This document shows positions 13,513 to 32,001 of a stretch of 64,000 nucleotides of DNA, piece by piece. The notes beneath the pieces are model-generated. The model was not told the origin of the DNA, ran no database searches, and worked only from the letters and a program-made list of their open reading frames with translations. The DNA is from Eledone cirrhosa (Eukaryota), in the NCBI GenBank assembly GCA_964016885.1, contig OZ024742.1, positions 76,632,001 through 76,696,000 on the forward strand, read 5' to 3'. Every line of letters begins with the position of its first letter. The first letter of the stretch is position 1. A program made the translations under genes and the position numbers.

Positions 13513-15876
13513 CATTATTATTGAATCTAAATATAATACTAGTATTTCTATGTATAACGCTGATTATACTAACTCGCATTATATTTTTGAGACTTTTATG
13601 GAATAAAAAATTATGGTAATAAATTTCGATACTAAATTTCAGAAAATGAGAATTAGGAAACGTAATGAGAAAATGCAGGGATAACAAAATATTTCTGAAA
13701 TATTCTTAAAGCATGCATTCAATAATTTATGAAATATTACCCTGCAGCTTACTAAGTAAAGAGTTCCCGCCGTATTTCATTACAACGGAACAGAAAATTG
13801 GAATCAAATTTATGTTTCAATACCATGGAGATATAAACACAATATAAAACACCAATCTCCATGTAAATATACTTCACATTATGCAATGCCACTTAGTGAA
13901 AAGACAAACACAATTAGAAGCATGACAAATACATATGAACATATGTCTGTGAAATCAAAATATATACGGTATAGAAAAAATGACATACACACACTCACTC
14001 ACACCCACACAAACGCACGCACACACACAAACACACATACACATACCCCCCACACCCACCCACACACACACACATACATACACACACAATCACATCAATG
14101 TATATGTATATGTATATCGACTGAATGTATGCCCACTTACAACATAATCTATCAATCTCTCCCACTCGTGATAATTATCTATATCTTAATGGAAACTATT
14201 ATCCTCAACTTAATCGTCTACTGCCACATCTTGAACCCTTCTCCCTTCCCTTGACTACGAGAACATTGTCAGTGAAATTTCATCTACCGAAAAACTCTTA
14301 TATTATCATTCGTCAGCGTTCCTACGTTCCTGAGAAATTTAGAAGACAGGCATAAGCATTGGCAGCTCGTGATAATGTGAAAATATTGAATCTTCTTGAA
14401 AGCATCAAATCAGCGTTTACTACTCAAAAGTGCTTTTGTTTTAGATATTTCACGCCTTTGCGAATCGGCATACAAATGTATAACTTTTCCCTCATTTACC
14501 GTTGTACTTATTGAAATATTATGTCTTGATTGGACATCAATCCACACACACAAGAGAAGTTCTATTTTAGGCATCCACTTAGATATGCGAAAAACCAATG
14601 GCTGAGAATATAGTGGATATTTGAACACCGGAATTAGGTTTTGGTACGTTGTCACGTATTGATTCCCTTGTACACATTACAATCTTTAATGGTTTGTGAA
14701 TGTAAACAGTTTTGTTCCCCCGCATTAAATGTTTTAAATGCATTACATTGAACATCCTATGTAATACTTTTACGGGTCATTCTTGATCTACTGATTTCAC
14801 CACTACATACTGATTTTACTGCAAGCACAATCCCCAAAACTTGAAGCAAAACCGATACAAGGAATATACTGAAATATTATGTTGCAAGAGCAAAATATAG
14901 TTGTCTTCTGCTCTTGCTGTAAACATAATATTGGAAAAGAAATAATTGATGGGTAGAGAAATGAGGTTGGTAAACTTACTATATGATTATAACTAGCTAC
15001 AGCGTCACCGGGTTGATTTTCTTCGAGGCAAAATTCCAGAAACCTGGATCTTTACTTTCTTTCTTGAAAATGGTTGAATTTAGAAAATCAGTTTGTGTTT
15101 CATATTAAAAACATAAGGTGGTGTCGTAGTATATGAAACAAAACACATCTATGTAAAAAAAAACAATAATAGAAATACATTATACACTGCGTGAATGCGT
15201 AAGATTTGGTGAGAGTTGGAGTTCAATAGTGCTGTGCCTGGTGTCCTTCACCAGTACACATTTATTTCAGCTATCGACTCTACCTCCACGAGCTGTTGCA
15301 TATGCTGCAGCAACCTGTGATATCCACCAATAGGAAAACTATTGCAACGTTTAGATTATTTTACAGAAGAGTCCTGCTAGACGACTTCAAACCTGTCACC
15401 CGACATCCCACAAAGACAATTCTATTATCAGTCTAAACAGGGGCTGACAATTCTATTATCAGTCTAAAGAGGGGCTGTACATTGCACCCCAAACCACACA
15501 ATGAAGACCTCAGCATCAACTTACGAAAGGGTCAAAACCTACAGCAACTGATCGGCCCGTCATCGGCATTTGATGCACACAGGCATACGCTGATGAATAA
15601 ATTGTCATCACCAATAGTAGTGAGGCAAATAGATCGTCAATAGATCACCAATAGTAGCGAGACAAATAGATCGTCAATTCTCCCTCTCATTAAATAATTT
15701 AGCAGTGACACGACCAAACTAAAGGATTGCCAGCTATGTTTATATTGTAGATCAATAAACATGAGACACTTCAGAAACACATACATACAAATATACAATT
15801 CATTTCATTGCGAGAGTTTTTATGTATATTGGTTTCAATATAAGGTACAAAATACTGATTTATAATAGATAAATAG

Positions 15877-15978
<102 letters not shown>

Positions 15979-16463
15979 CATATATACAACCCGAAATGAT
16001 TGAGTACTGTTCTCCGACTTGTCAAAAGAGGAAAAAACTATTAATACCTAAATATAAATATAATCACTCATACAATAGAATTGCACCTATATCTATAAAT
16101 ACATTTCTTGTTGGTAGTGTATATGTGTATTGGCATGCCATATGACAACGCTTTTGAGGAAAAACAGGGCATTTTAGTTTCACAGGGTTTACGTCGTTTA
16201 ACATCAAAGTTGATTTCGACATTTATCTCCTCTATTAATCGTTACAGGAATTAGCACAAAAGACACTAGGCTCGATATAATCGGATGCAAATACTTGAAT
16301 GACTTCACTCAATATGGTTGAGTTCCTCTGGTTATCCACTAAAATGGGAAAAAAATTAATAAATATTAAATCAAATGTATGTGTATATGGATATGCATCA
16401 AATAGCCAGGGACACATAGCCAAAAAGACACATACAGATACTAATCTCTTTAAACACAAACAT

Positions 16464-16549
<86 letters not shown>

Positions 16550-16555
16550 TATATA

Positions 16556-17195
16556 TGGTGGCTGCCAACTCGTTTTCGAGTACGGCCACTACTTTACATC
16601 CATATAGGAGAACCCCTACCGATGCGCTGAACGTGTGTGACTTTTTAGGCCAGCCAGTGACTTGAACACTCTGGTACAAACTCTACACGTGTGACAATTA
16701 GTGACACATAGTGCTGGGCCTATGGTACCATGTGACGACAAGTGCAGAGAGATCTCCAGATATAAAGCAATGCATGTGCCGTGAAGCTTTTATAGTGAGC
16801 AAAGGCACTGCACAAAGCCAGTCCCACTCTCTTAACAAAGATGATATTTACCAAAAAGAAGAACAAGTCAACATCATTCGATACCATCAGGGTTGCAGGT
16901 GTATATCAGAGTTTTCGTTCTCCTAGAATTCTGCCTTGACAAAGGCTAAGGGATCATCTCTCCCGGTGATTTTGGATAGCCATTGACTCTTAAGAGCTCC
17001 TTTGCCCTTTGACAGGTTTTGTTTTTAGTCCTGCAGGATGTCCAGAGTCACCCTCCTCACCAAGAAACCTTGGTGGGGTTGCCAGTTTAGTCGCCAACGA
17101 CCCGACCATGAGACAGGTTGTACTGGGATACATGTTACCAGTAGCACCAACTGATGACCTGACATAAAACAAGAGATGGTTAGCAGATCGTAACT
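16556..17195 (-). mobile_element. Non-autonomous RTE-derived element, longest copy
   Basis: Minus strand has RTE-like 5' motif agcctttgtcaaggca...ctaggagaacgaaaactctg, a C-terminal C2H2-type remnant CRVCTRVFKSLAGLKSHTRSAH and a 3' hairpin ctcgaaaacgag; no RT. Confidence 0.75.
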
Positions 17196-17210
17196 ACATA
17201 CATACATACA

Positions 17211-17617
17211 TGGTGGCTGCCAACTCGTTTTCGAGTACGGCCACTACTTTATATGTAGGAGAACCCCTACCGATGCGCTGAACGAGTGTGAATTTTTAGT
17301 CCAGCCAGCGACTTGAAAACTCTGGTAGGTACAAACGCTACACTTGTGACAATTATTGACACATAGTGCTGGGTGCATGGTACCATGTGATGACAAGTGC
17401 AGAGAGATCTCCAGATATAAAGCAATGCCTGTGCCGTGAAGCTTTTATAGTGAGGAAAGGCACTGCACAAAGCCAGTCCCACTCTCTTAACCAAGATGAT
17501 ATTTACCAAAAAGAAGAACAAGTCAACATCATTGGATACCATCAGGGTTGCAGGTGTTATATCAAAGTTTTCCTTCTCCTAGAATTCTGCCTTGACAAAG
17601 GCTAAGGGGTCATCTCA
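17211..17617 (-). mobile_element. RTE-derived element, copy 2 (5'-truncated)
   Basis: Near-identical to 16556-16960; bounded by (CATA)n. Confidence 0.8.
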
Positions 17618-17677
17618 TACATACATACATACGTACATACATACATACATACATACATACATACATACATACATACA

Positions 17678-17707
<30 letters not shown>

Positions 17708-17708
<1 letters not shown>

Positions 17709-18744
17709 GTTCAACAGAGGAAAAGGGTTGGCAACCATCTTGCCCAGGTTTATGAGCATGAAAACAAATATATCATTAGAATAGCCATTGATCTGGAGGA
17801 GAGATATGGAATAAAGCCTCATATAAATCTCTCACCCAGAGAAATCGGAAGATCCTATTCAATGTAAAAACAAGATGAAAAAATTGAACAATTTACAGAA
17901 AAAGTTGTGCATGGATATTTGAGACGTAAAACACAGATCATAGAGCGGATAAACCACTAAAAAACCTGGCATGGAGTTCCGACAGGTTTATGACATCACA
18001 CCTTGAGGGATATCTCTATGCAATACAGGACCAAGAACTCCCTACCAAATATCTGCTGCACAAAAGGGAAGGGCCATCAGCTGACAATAAATGTAGGCTA
18101 TGTAAAACAAAGATCGAGGATGTAAGCCACATTGTTGCCAGCTGCGAAAGAATGTCATCTCGCTACTACCACCCATGAGACACGATGGGATAGCTAGAAC
18201 CATCTGGAACGCACTTTGGAAAACAAAATTAACAACAAACGAGGAAGAATATATTGTGACAGATGGCACTAAGGAATACTGGTGGAACCTGAAAATAAAA
18301 ACTGCCATCAAATTAAAGCACAACTGGCCTGATATTGTTGTTTGGGACCACACATTGAAAACGTGTTCTGTTGTGGAGACCAGCTGCCCACTTGATGTAA
18401 ACGTTGTCAGAAAAATACAGGAGAAGGAGCACATCTACGGACCATTGAAGAGGAGTTTGCAAATACAGTATCCAAGATACACCTTTAGCTTCATACCCAT
18501 CATTATTGGAGCTACGGGTTATATAACAACCCGTTGGGACCAAAGTATGACTGAACTTGGATTTGCGGACAAAGAGCGCAGCCCCCTAATTCATAGACTA
18601 CATATGGCTGCGATAGCTGGCACCTTCAAAATTTGCAAAACATTCTTGCGATTAAAGGGATGACAATTTCTTTACTTTTACAACCTTGCCACCAGGAAGC
18701 TGGCCGGTCAAAAAAAATATACTCGAAATTAAAAGAAAGAGATA
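17708..18744 (+). mobile_element. 5'-truncated R4/Dong-like (REL endonuclease) non-LTR fragment in (CATA)n
   Basis: AIQDQ, CCHC CRLC-x4-EDVSHIVASC, RHD, PDIVVWD, VETSCP, PIIIGATG; frameshifted. Confidence 0.85.
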
Positions 18745-18791
18745 ACATACATACATACATACATACATACATACTTACATACATACATACA

Positions 18792-19148
18792 TGATGGCTG
18801 CCAACTCGTTTTCGAGTACGGACACTACTTTATATCTATATAGGAGAACCCCTATCGATGCGCTAAATGAATGTGACTTTTTAGTCTTGAAAACTCTGGT
18901 ACAAACACTACACTTGTGACAAATATTGACACATAGTGCTGGGCCCATGGTACCATAAGACGACAAGTGCAAAGAGATCTTCAGATATAAAACAATGCCT
19001 GTGCCGTGAAGCTTTTATAGTGAGCAAAGGCACTGCACAAAGCCAGTCCCACTCTCTTAACCAAAATGATATTTACCAAAGAGAAGAACAAGTCAACATC
19101 ATTGGATACCATCAGGGTTGCAGGTGTTACATCAGAGTTTTCCTTCTA
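18792..19148 (-). mobile_element. RTE-derived element, copy 3 (5'-truncated)
   Basis: Matches 16556-16920; bounded by (CATA)n. Confidence 0.8.
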
Positions 19149-19182
19149 CATACATACATATATATACATACATACACACACA

Positions 19183-19225
<43 letters not shown>

Positions 19226-19228
19226 ATA

Positions 19229-19299
<71 letters not shown>

Positions 19300-20638
19300 G
19301 TATATATAATATATATATATATAATATATATATAAAGAAATATATAATATATATATATATATAATATATATAAAATATATATATATATGTATGTATGTGT
19401 GTGTGTGTGTATGTGTGTGTGTACATGGATGTATGCGTGTCCCTATAAAACATAGACGGAGCACATATTATGCATCGCTGTAAATGACAAATGCTTACTT
19501 ATGCACAATATTTTAATATGAATGCATTTGTTCCCTATCGATATCAAAGGGATTTAATCTATTCAAAAATGCATTATCATTCGTATCCAGGTTTAGCTGT
19601 GTATCACCTGACGCGATATGTTTGCTGCCAAGTTCTATTTAATCGTTCAGCAGAAGATATAGGAAAACGAGAAAGGCGTGAAATTTGCTCCGATGCCTTT
19701 AATTATATTTCCTCATAGTAAGTAATTCTCTCTCTAAAACCCATGTTTGTGAATAAAATTACAATAAAATATAAATCAAAATAGGGGCTAGAAAAAATCT
19801 CAACTTCCTTCTTTTTGCATCCATTCAATGCACTCCCACCACAAATTGCGAGAAATGCGATTATACTTCTTTTAGCTCCAGGATGAAACTCATTTTGGAA
19901 AACATTAGTCTAAACAATACTTAGAGATTATGCGATGATGTTCACCGTTTTGTAAGATTTATTGAGTTTCACGAAATAACCCCCATCACAAACAAAACAT
20001 TGCAAAAAATATTACAAAAGAAATATTACAAAAAATAAGAAAATATTAAGATGAGTGCAAAAAGTGAAATAATCAGAGGGAATAAGAGAAATAGAAATAA
20101 GAAATTGAACATAAAAAACAAACGGAATCAATAAAATCACTGACTTTGCAAGGTCACGCTGAGGATGTTATTTTGCCTGAAGGTAAAAACAGACTGATTC
20201 TTTCATTAATGAAGGAAGAAGATGTAACAAACATAGAGGTAAAATAAAACAAACAGAAGGAAAGAAAAATGAAGAAAATAAAACATTCAAAGAAAATAAA
20301 GAATGCATGAAATAATGTCAGAGGTAAGGACGATTGTGATTAATGTAAAAAAAAAAATAGAATATTAAATACAGCAACATCAACATTCACTACTATGGCA
20401 ACGATAATACTGAGATATTTGGTGTGGATAGATGAGGAAACATAGAAGTAAACATGTAAAAATACTCATGAAGTACTAATTAGATACACGTCATCTGTGG
20501 TTGATTTGCCAGAATTAACTGGAAATTGCAGAAACAAATCGAAACAAACTAGTAAGAAAAGCAACATCAAACAATATATATATATATATGTATGTATATG
20601 TGTATGTGCATGAATATATATATATGTCTGTATTTATA

Positions 20639-20764
<126 letters not shown>

Positions 20765-20765
20765 G

Positions 20766-20925
<160 letters not shown>

Positions 20926-20931
20926 GCATGT

Positions 20932-20969
<38 letters not shown>

Positions 20970-21218
20970 TTTATATGTATATGTATACATAATGTAATCT
21001 GCTATGATTGTAATCTGCTGTTTGATTTATCTAAGCACACTGTGGGCGGGATCGCGAAGATGTGTTTGCTAGAAGTACACATAAATTCACATGCATTTTA
21101 AATCATGTATGAACACACAACTGTAGATATGTGCATATTGTTAAGTATGGTTGCAGAAAGATATACACTTACTCACTCAAACACTCAAGAACAAGCCCAC
21201 ACACACACACATATAACA

Positions 21219-21289
<71 letters not shown>

Positions 21290-21304
21290 ATATATATATA
21301 TATT

Positions 21305-21363
<59 letters not shown>

Positions 21364-21374
21364 GTATGTATATA

Positions 21375-22178
<804 letters not shown>

Positions 22179-22618
22179 CATATATACATATATATATTTG
22201 TGTGTGCGTGTGTGTTTGTATGTGTATCTTTGTCTGTGTGTAAGTGTGTGTGAGTGTGTTTGTTTGTATATACATATATCAATTTGTACATGCGCCCATT
22301 CGTGCTGAAATTGACGCAACTTTGTATGTTTATGTTATATAACCAAGAGCTAAATCAGCAACGCATTTAACATTTATTACACCAAATAAAGATCGAGAAA
22401 CAAATTGACTTGGCGATGTGTTCGGGAATTCAGCAATAATGTGAAATGCAAATTAAATTAAGCAGACAATTGGAAATGCATTTAGCAACAGATGAAAGTT
22501 CAGAATCATTATACAAAGGTACAAACAGAAATATATTTCAAAAATTAACAAAGATATAAACACAAGCACGCGCATACACATACGCGTAAACATAACACAC
22601 ATATTTTTATGTATTTAT

Positions 22619-22759
<141 letters not shown>

Positions 22760-23706
22760 ATATATATATATATATACAACTATATATGAACACCACTAAA
22801 CTCACACACATACACAAACACACATACACACATCTATATATAAATATAGATATGTCTGTGTGTATGTATAAAGTTATATGTGTATATTTAGTTGGTAATC
22901 GAGACTACAGAATTCTGTCTATTCATATACGCATTTTTGATATTTAGACATGTTAAAAGCCAGAGTTACGAATTTTCCTTATTGACAAAAGATAAATAAC
23001 TGCAATCGATTCCCAGACCTAGCTAGACCCTCATCAGAATGCGTGTATATCATCAAATGAACAACAAGGGAGTACGCATTTGATGGGCTTATGATACTCA
23101 ACTACCCTTAGACTATTCTGATACGGATGTACTAATTTACCTATACGTATCGTTCCTCTTGGTGCTTACATAAATGATGCCACCAGCATACGTAATGTAC
23201 GAAACAGTTGTATATGTATATATGTACAATTATTTCTGTATATATACAAAGTGGGTTATTGAGACTATGGAAATGTGTATATAAATGTACACAATTGTAA
23301 TATGCAAACATGCAAACATCCCACAAAATAAGAATTTCCCTTACGTTGAGAAAATAACCATCTTTAATAAATATCTGTTGATGTGAGCGCTAATTATATG
23401 CAAATTGGAACGTCCATTTCCGAATAATGTACATAACGCATGAATATATAAAGGTATAAAATAAGCGTTTCCTTGTAGATGTTTAAATGATAAAGGACCA
23501 AATAGGTCTCAAAATCGATGAAATATGTTTTTCATTTTCTCAATTTACGTTGAAATTCGTATTTTCTGGTATATATATGACTATGCATAAAAAATATTTT
23601 TTTCTTTTTAGTTTTTATTTATATACATATTGCCGGACTCAAAGTTAGCCACACAGTGTATATACATATAATGTCCTCTTATATTTCGTCTACTTGGCTC
23701 AACTTT

Positions 23707-23749
<43 letters not shown>

Positions 23750-23751
<2 letters not shown>

Positions 23752-23975
23752 AAAATTGCAAACTTGACTGTAACCACTGAATATTAACCTGAAGATCGCG
23801 AAAGCATGAAAGTACTTGTTCAATTAACACTTAACATTTAACATTCTACCATACTATTTCATTATAATATCATTATAATTTTAAAGGAGTGTAAATAAAA
23901 CGAGTAAATCAGATAAAGTTGGAATTCCTTTTATTAATATAATCTTCTATACACAATCATACACACTCATGTATA
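23750..23975 (+). mobile_element. PLE 3'-end remnant with minimal HHR (23785-23822)
   Basis: aac-CTGAAGA-tcgcgaaagcat-GAAA-gtac-tt-gtt; second copy at 48168-48390; flanked by (TA)n. Confidence 0.75.
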
Positions 23976-23992
23976 TTTATATATATATATAT

Positions 23993-26104
<2,112 letters not shown>

Positions 26105-26153
26105 AGACGTAAAATAAGAAAATTATAAAATTAACTTACTTACTAAAATATCA

Positions 26154-26235
26154 GTTCCAACTAATTAGTTTCTGGAATGGAGTAAATATATTTTCCGAAG
26201 AATAATCTTGAGAAGCATTCCGTCGTCAGGAAAGT
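26154..26235 (-). ncRNA. Hammerhead ribozyme, tandem copy A
   Basis: Minus strand ctttc-CTGACGA-c-ggaatg...cattcc-a-GAAA-c-taatta-g-tt-ggaa. Confidence 0.75.
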
Positions 26236-26676
26236 CTATTCTCATGTAAGTTTCCAGGCAAAGCGAGGACACTGGAGACTTATTAAAAAAATAATTCAGT
26301 GGATAGGAAATAGCGAAGCATGGACTGAATTCCAAGCCATTGAGAAAATCACTGCCTCTATGTCTGTGGCAAATTCAAAAAGAATCGAACACGTGACATC
26401 GAGGTCAATCAGTGGAAAGTGGTTTGCTAATAAGACAGCGGCCTGCCTACAACCGTAGCAGCAGTCATGGCCAATATTGCTCGACAAATAATTTGGAGAT
26501 AATAATAAAGAATTCATATCTAGTAACATATATATACATACAGATGCATATCAATGCTAGCAAATATATAGGTTTTGTCTTAATAACAGTGTGATTCAAT
26601 GCATGGGGTTGCAGAACAATAATATAAGAGACGTAAAATAAGAAAATTATAAAATTAACTTACTTACTAAAATATC

Positions 26677-26759
26677 ACTTCCAACTAATTAGTTTCTGGA
26701 ATGGAGTAAATATATTTTCCGAAGAATAATATAGAGAAGCATTCCGTCGTCAGGAAAGT
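26677..26759 (-). ncRNA. Hammerhead ribozyme, tandem copy B
   Basis: Same core; 6-bp stem I actttc/ggaagt; palindromic ACTAATTAGT stem III; GUU triplet. Confidence 0.8.
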
Positions 26760-26771
26760 CTATTCTCATGA

Positions 26772-26827
<56 letters not shown>

Positions 26828-26836
<9 letters not shown>

Positions 26837-27258
26837 CTGATGGTACGTAAGATGCTTCCATAGGCGGTATGCCGGTTGATCACTCTATGCTCTTACAGAG
26901 CAGATTATGATATAATATTAAACAAAAAATCAGTGGTGCATCTGAACTCAATTTATTGTGTGTTACAATTGTTTTGCCGGTGGACAGCTCCAGACACGAT
27001 CATTGTGTGGATCTGTCTGATTATGGATCTGCAGTTTCGACGGACACGTCTAATGATTTCGGAGCAAATTCTTTCACTGGGGAGTTAGCGTCAAAAATAT
27101 CCTCTTGCTGCTTTTCTACGTAATCGTAACTTTGACAAACAGGTGTAAATTCTACTGACCATCAGCTGTCCATTTCTGCCTCACTTCGATGAATAACTCC
27201 TGGGTTTGGTAGTTCACGCGTCCACGCGCGCACTCACACACACATACACACACACACG

Positions 27259-27290
<32 letters not shown>

Positions 27291-27512
27291 CACACACACA
27301 ATCACATAGATAACAACATCCGTACGCATAGACTCCCGCTATACACACACACTTAGGGAGAAAATATAAAAAAATTGTAACACAATACATTGAGTTCAGA
27401 TGCATCACTGATTTTTCGTTTTATATTATATCATATTCTGCTCTGTAAGAGCATAGAGTGCTCAACCGGCATACCGCCTTTGGAAGCATCTTAGCTACCA
27501 TGAGACACACAT
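26828..27512. mobile_element. MITE-like element with about 140-bp imperfect terminal inverted repeats
   Basis: 26828-26970 is the reverse complement of about 27373-27512; non-coding interior; partial inverted copy at 31665-32010. Confidence 0.7.
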
Positions 27513-27557
27513 ATATATTACGCACTTCTACAACTAGAGCGCATACAGCGATTCGCC

Positions 27558-30500
27558 ATGGACAAATTCAATTACTCTTCCTTTTAAAGGACATGCCAAT
27601 CCCGTCTGACAACACGTTCATGAGCCTACTGATAACCACACCATCTCTTTCGTTAGACGCATGGGATGGCGCGCATTTCACCACGACAGAAGGACACAGC
27701 AACACGCACCCGATAATCCTCAAGACCGCTAAAGAGGATCTTTAGATCAAGACGACACCCACCACATAACGCACAGCTGGAAGAATTTGAGAACCACATC
27801 TTCCGAAACGTTAAATTCCGAAGGAATAATGCAGGACATACGGATTACCTCCGGATATTGAGCTCCCCAATCAAAAGCATGGAAGAATGCTTGGATTTAC
27901 TTGTGCCCTCGGACAAAACTGGTAATGCATACAAGCTCGACGGTTTTACATACAACGACTGTATCGGGAAAGAGGTTAGGAAAAATTACTGGAACACAGG
28001 ACAGGACAACTTAGATGTCATTAACGCCACGACTAAAAAATAATGACCGGGCTAGGAATAGATGATAGGACAGTACAATATGTACCTAGAAAACCTCAGA
28101 TATCCATTAAGTATCATAAATTAGACTTCAGAACTAATCTACCTGTTAGGCTAATAGCACCCTCCAAATCAGACATAGGTAGGACAAGCAGAAATATAAT
28201 AGACAGGATACTACCGGTATTTAGGGACAAAACTAGGCTTAAATTATGGACCTCCACCAAGGAGCTAATTGACAGGTTCTCGCTAATCGATAGCAAACAG
28301 CAGGTACATTTTATTCAATTAGACATAGCGAATTACTACGCGTCAATATCACCTGTTATAGTGAACAAGGCCCTCATGAGCGCCATGGCCAAGTCCAACC
28401 TCACTAGGGAGGAGGCAAGCCTCATAATTGTTTCTACATTTGGCACAAGGCCAGCAATTACCCAGTGTATTACTGGTACTTTATTTTATCGACCCCATAA
28501 GGATGAAAAGAAAAGTTAACCTCTGCGGGATTTGAACTCAGAATGGCAAAGGCCGTAACTCTATGCGTCAAAGCATGGCGTCCGGCCCTCTACCGATACT
28601 GCCAATCCACAAGCCTCATAATAGCAGCTAGAAAGACGCTAATTAGATTCGAAGAGAAGTTATTGGAGAGGAAGCACAGACCCGACAGTTTCGATATTAC
28701 TATGGGGTCGAGCGACTCTGCGCAGGTGACCGACCTGGTGGGGATCTATCTCCTCCAAAGATTAGCAGAGGAGATCCCAGGATCGGGGGAGGAATATACG
28801 GAGACGACGCACTTTTTACCTTCCGTTCCCTAAACCCCAGCCAGCTGGAGCGTATGAGGAAGCGCATATCGAACTTTTTTAAGCAGCACGGCTTATCCCT
28901 GAGAATTTATCCTAGCACTAAGACGGTGAATTTCCTGGACGTTAACCTGGAAATGAATACGGGCATCCACCGACCTTATCACAAGCCCAATGAGAACCTG
29001 CAATATGTGAACAGGAAATCGAACCACCCCAAGTCAGTCATAAAAAACAATAGTTAAAGGCGTATCTAAACGCGTATCCACTCTGTCGGCCAACGCAGAC
29101 ATGTTCAACCAGCACGCCGACTATTATAATGAGGCACTGCGCAAGGCTGGTTACACAGAAAGCATAGTGTACACTACAGACAGGGAAAATCCTAGCGCCG
29201 GGGCATGCGGATACGGCAATAGCAGTGGCACTTCCATAGATAGAAGAAACGACCCGGAACTAGCCCCAAGAACACGAGTAGCAGCATAGATCACCATAAG
29301 CACACCGGACCGACAATAGGACAGATGAAGACACACACGGGCGACAGACCATCCAGAACACGTGGACAAGAGCCCGGCACGCACACCACATGCGTCGCGG
29401 AAACTAGAACTAGAGGCAGGGAAAGGACAAGTACGGCCGTGGCACTCGGTAGAGGAAACACATGGCCCGGTATCAAGGTTATAGCCCCGACAACAGTGCG
29501 ACAGAGCATTAACGAGACTAACACTAGAGCCGACAATACAAAACGGAATACATTAGTAAGCGAAAGGCGTAACCCTAACGCCCACAGTAGACATATAGAT
29601 AGAGCCCACATAGGGGACGAAATAATGGGCGTGCAAAACCGAAGACGGACACCAGACCCAAAACCCATTCACGCTGCTACCTCACACACGAAAGAACAAG
29701 AATAGATCTAAGGCCGTTACATGGTTCAACGTGCCGTATTCTAAGCATGTATGCAGCAATATACATCTTTTTCCTAGCGTTAGACGAGGGTTTCCCGCCG
29801 TCGAACATATACCACAAGATGTTCAACCGCCACCAGTTTTCCTTCTCCACAGCACCTAACATAGCCGATTACATGGCCAAAACCAACGCGGCGAAGATGG
29901 GGAACCTCGACCGTCAACCGCGAAAGCAGAATGACCATCCATCGGAGCACGGAGGGCCCCTCGCAGACCAGCCATCCAACCACAACCCGGCCCTCGCAGC
30001 GGCCGCCACGCCAGCGGAAGACCATACAATCCAACACCCGGCGGGAATGAGTGGCGGAGGAGAGACCACCGCGTCGGCGGAACAACACCCTGAGAATAGG
30101 GAGAGAGCCCTAGAAGATCAATGGCCAGGCGCCCGAAATGAACAACATAACGACAGAACGTGCAACTTCAGAACAGGCACGCAGTGCGCCTTGCAGGGAA
30201 GATCCCTGGCGAAGCGCCTGGTATATAAATGTGAGGTTAGCACACACAAGTTAAAGCGCACCTACATCGGCGCAACATCCACGACCTTTAAATCTCGGAT
30301 GTATAACCACACGAACACTTTCAAGGACCGGAGTAAGAGGCAATCTACTAGGCTGGCAGACCCGGTGTGGGACTTGAAGGACAAGGGCACCCCGTATGCC
30401 CTTGATTCGAGTATCGTTCGGCACATGAATTCATATTCGGCTAGAAACAGAAAGTGTAGGCTATGCCTATACGAGGCCATGGAGATAGTCAGACTGAAGG

Positions 30501-30598
30501 ATGATGCAGTCAACCTGAAATCGGAAATAATCATGCCGTGCATACACCAGAGAAGGTGCACACTCTATGCATCGAATCCACCGGGAAGCCCAGGCTAA
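27558..30598 (+). pseudogene. Hydra-clade-like PLE RT + GIY-YIG ORF, apparently 5'-complete but frameshifted and SINE-interrupted
   Basis: MPIPS, RRMGWRA, PSDKTGN, RLIAPSKSDIG, QLDIANYY, TMGSSDSAQ, NFLDV, SNHP, LVYKC..TYIGAT..FKSR, CRLC..E, PCIH. Confidence 0.85.
28429..28610 (-). mobile_element. tRNA-derived SINE inserted in PLE RT, 12-13-bp TSD
   Basis: Reverse complement of the 4604 family; aagcctcataat at 28417-28428 and 28611-28622. Confidence 0.9.
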
Positions 30599-31376
30599 AG
30601 GCATGCGGCGGAAGGTGCGCCGACCATTGCGGCGAAACGGGTTCAAGGGATCAGACACCATACACTGATGACTATATATGCCCCGTGGTATAAACCGAAA
30701 AAACCCGGGATGCATACCCGACTCTGCACGTTACCCTAGGCAAGAAGATCGCCTGAGCCGGGGCAGGTTGACCCGGATTCACCTGACATTCAGTCAAATG
30801 CATTACACCTATAAGACAATATACCTCAACCACAATAACATAGTCCAGTATGGCCGGTCCACGCAGCCCCATGCATGTGTATCTTTTCAATAGAGAGTCC
30901 ATACTCTCCACGAATTCCATTTTGTAACACATTATATGTTCTGTATATCTCATGTTTCTCCTGTGTACTATCTCATACGCATACACGTTCCTCATTCTTC
31001 TTTTTTATATATCTCAACGTGACGTTATATCTATACTTTTAATATATGGCATGTTTATTTCATATATGTGTATATACGTATGTGTATATATAGATGTATA
31101 TATATATATATATATATATATGTAGATATATGTGTGTATATATGTGTGTGTATGGTTATATTCTTTATATATGTGCATACTTATCACAAGAGGCATCATT
31201 TCATGTATGACCCTTTGTATGACCCATTGTGTATATATCCTATTTGTGAATATATATATATATGTATATATGTTTGTAGTCGTGTGTGGACCTGTATGTG
31301 AATATGCGCATATGTGTAAGAGTGTATATGAGTCAGTGTGTGTGTACAAGCACCAAATGTAGCGAAAGGACTTGTT

Positions 31377-31417
<41 letters not shown>

Positions 31418-31438
31418 GTATATGTATATGTATGTATG

Positions 31439-31599
<161 letters not shown>

Positions 31600-31664
31600 T
31601 TATATATATATATATATATATAGGTGTGTGTGTGTATGTGTATATATATATCTGTATATGTGTG

Positions 31665-32001
31665 TGAGTGCGCCCGTGGACGTGTGAACTACCAACCCCA
31701 GTAGTAATGCATCGAGGTGTGGCAGAAAGGGACAGCTGATGGTCAGTAGAATTCACACCTGTTGGTCAGATTTACGATGACGTAGAAAAGCAGCTGCCAA
31801 TAACAGGACGCGCGACGAGGATGTTTTTGACGCTAACATACCAGTGAAAGAATTTGCTCAGAAATCATTAGACATGTCCGTCGAACCTGCAGATCCAGAT
31901 TCAGACAGATCCACACAATGATCGTGTCTGGAGTTGTCCGCCGGCGCAACAATTGTAACACACAGTAAATAGAGTTCAGATGTATCACTGATGTTTCATT
32001 T

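Noticed and set aside
30665-30710. ctgatga...gaaa in the 3' UTR of the 27558 PLE as an HHR
   Set aside because: No convincing stem I, stem III or NUH site
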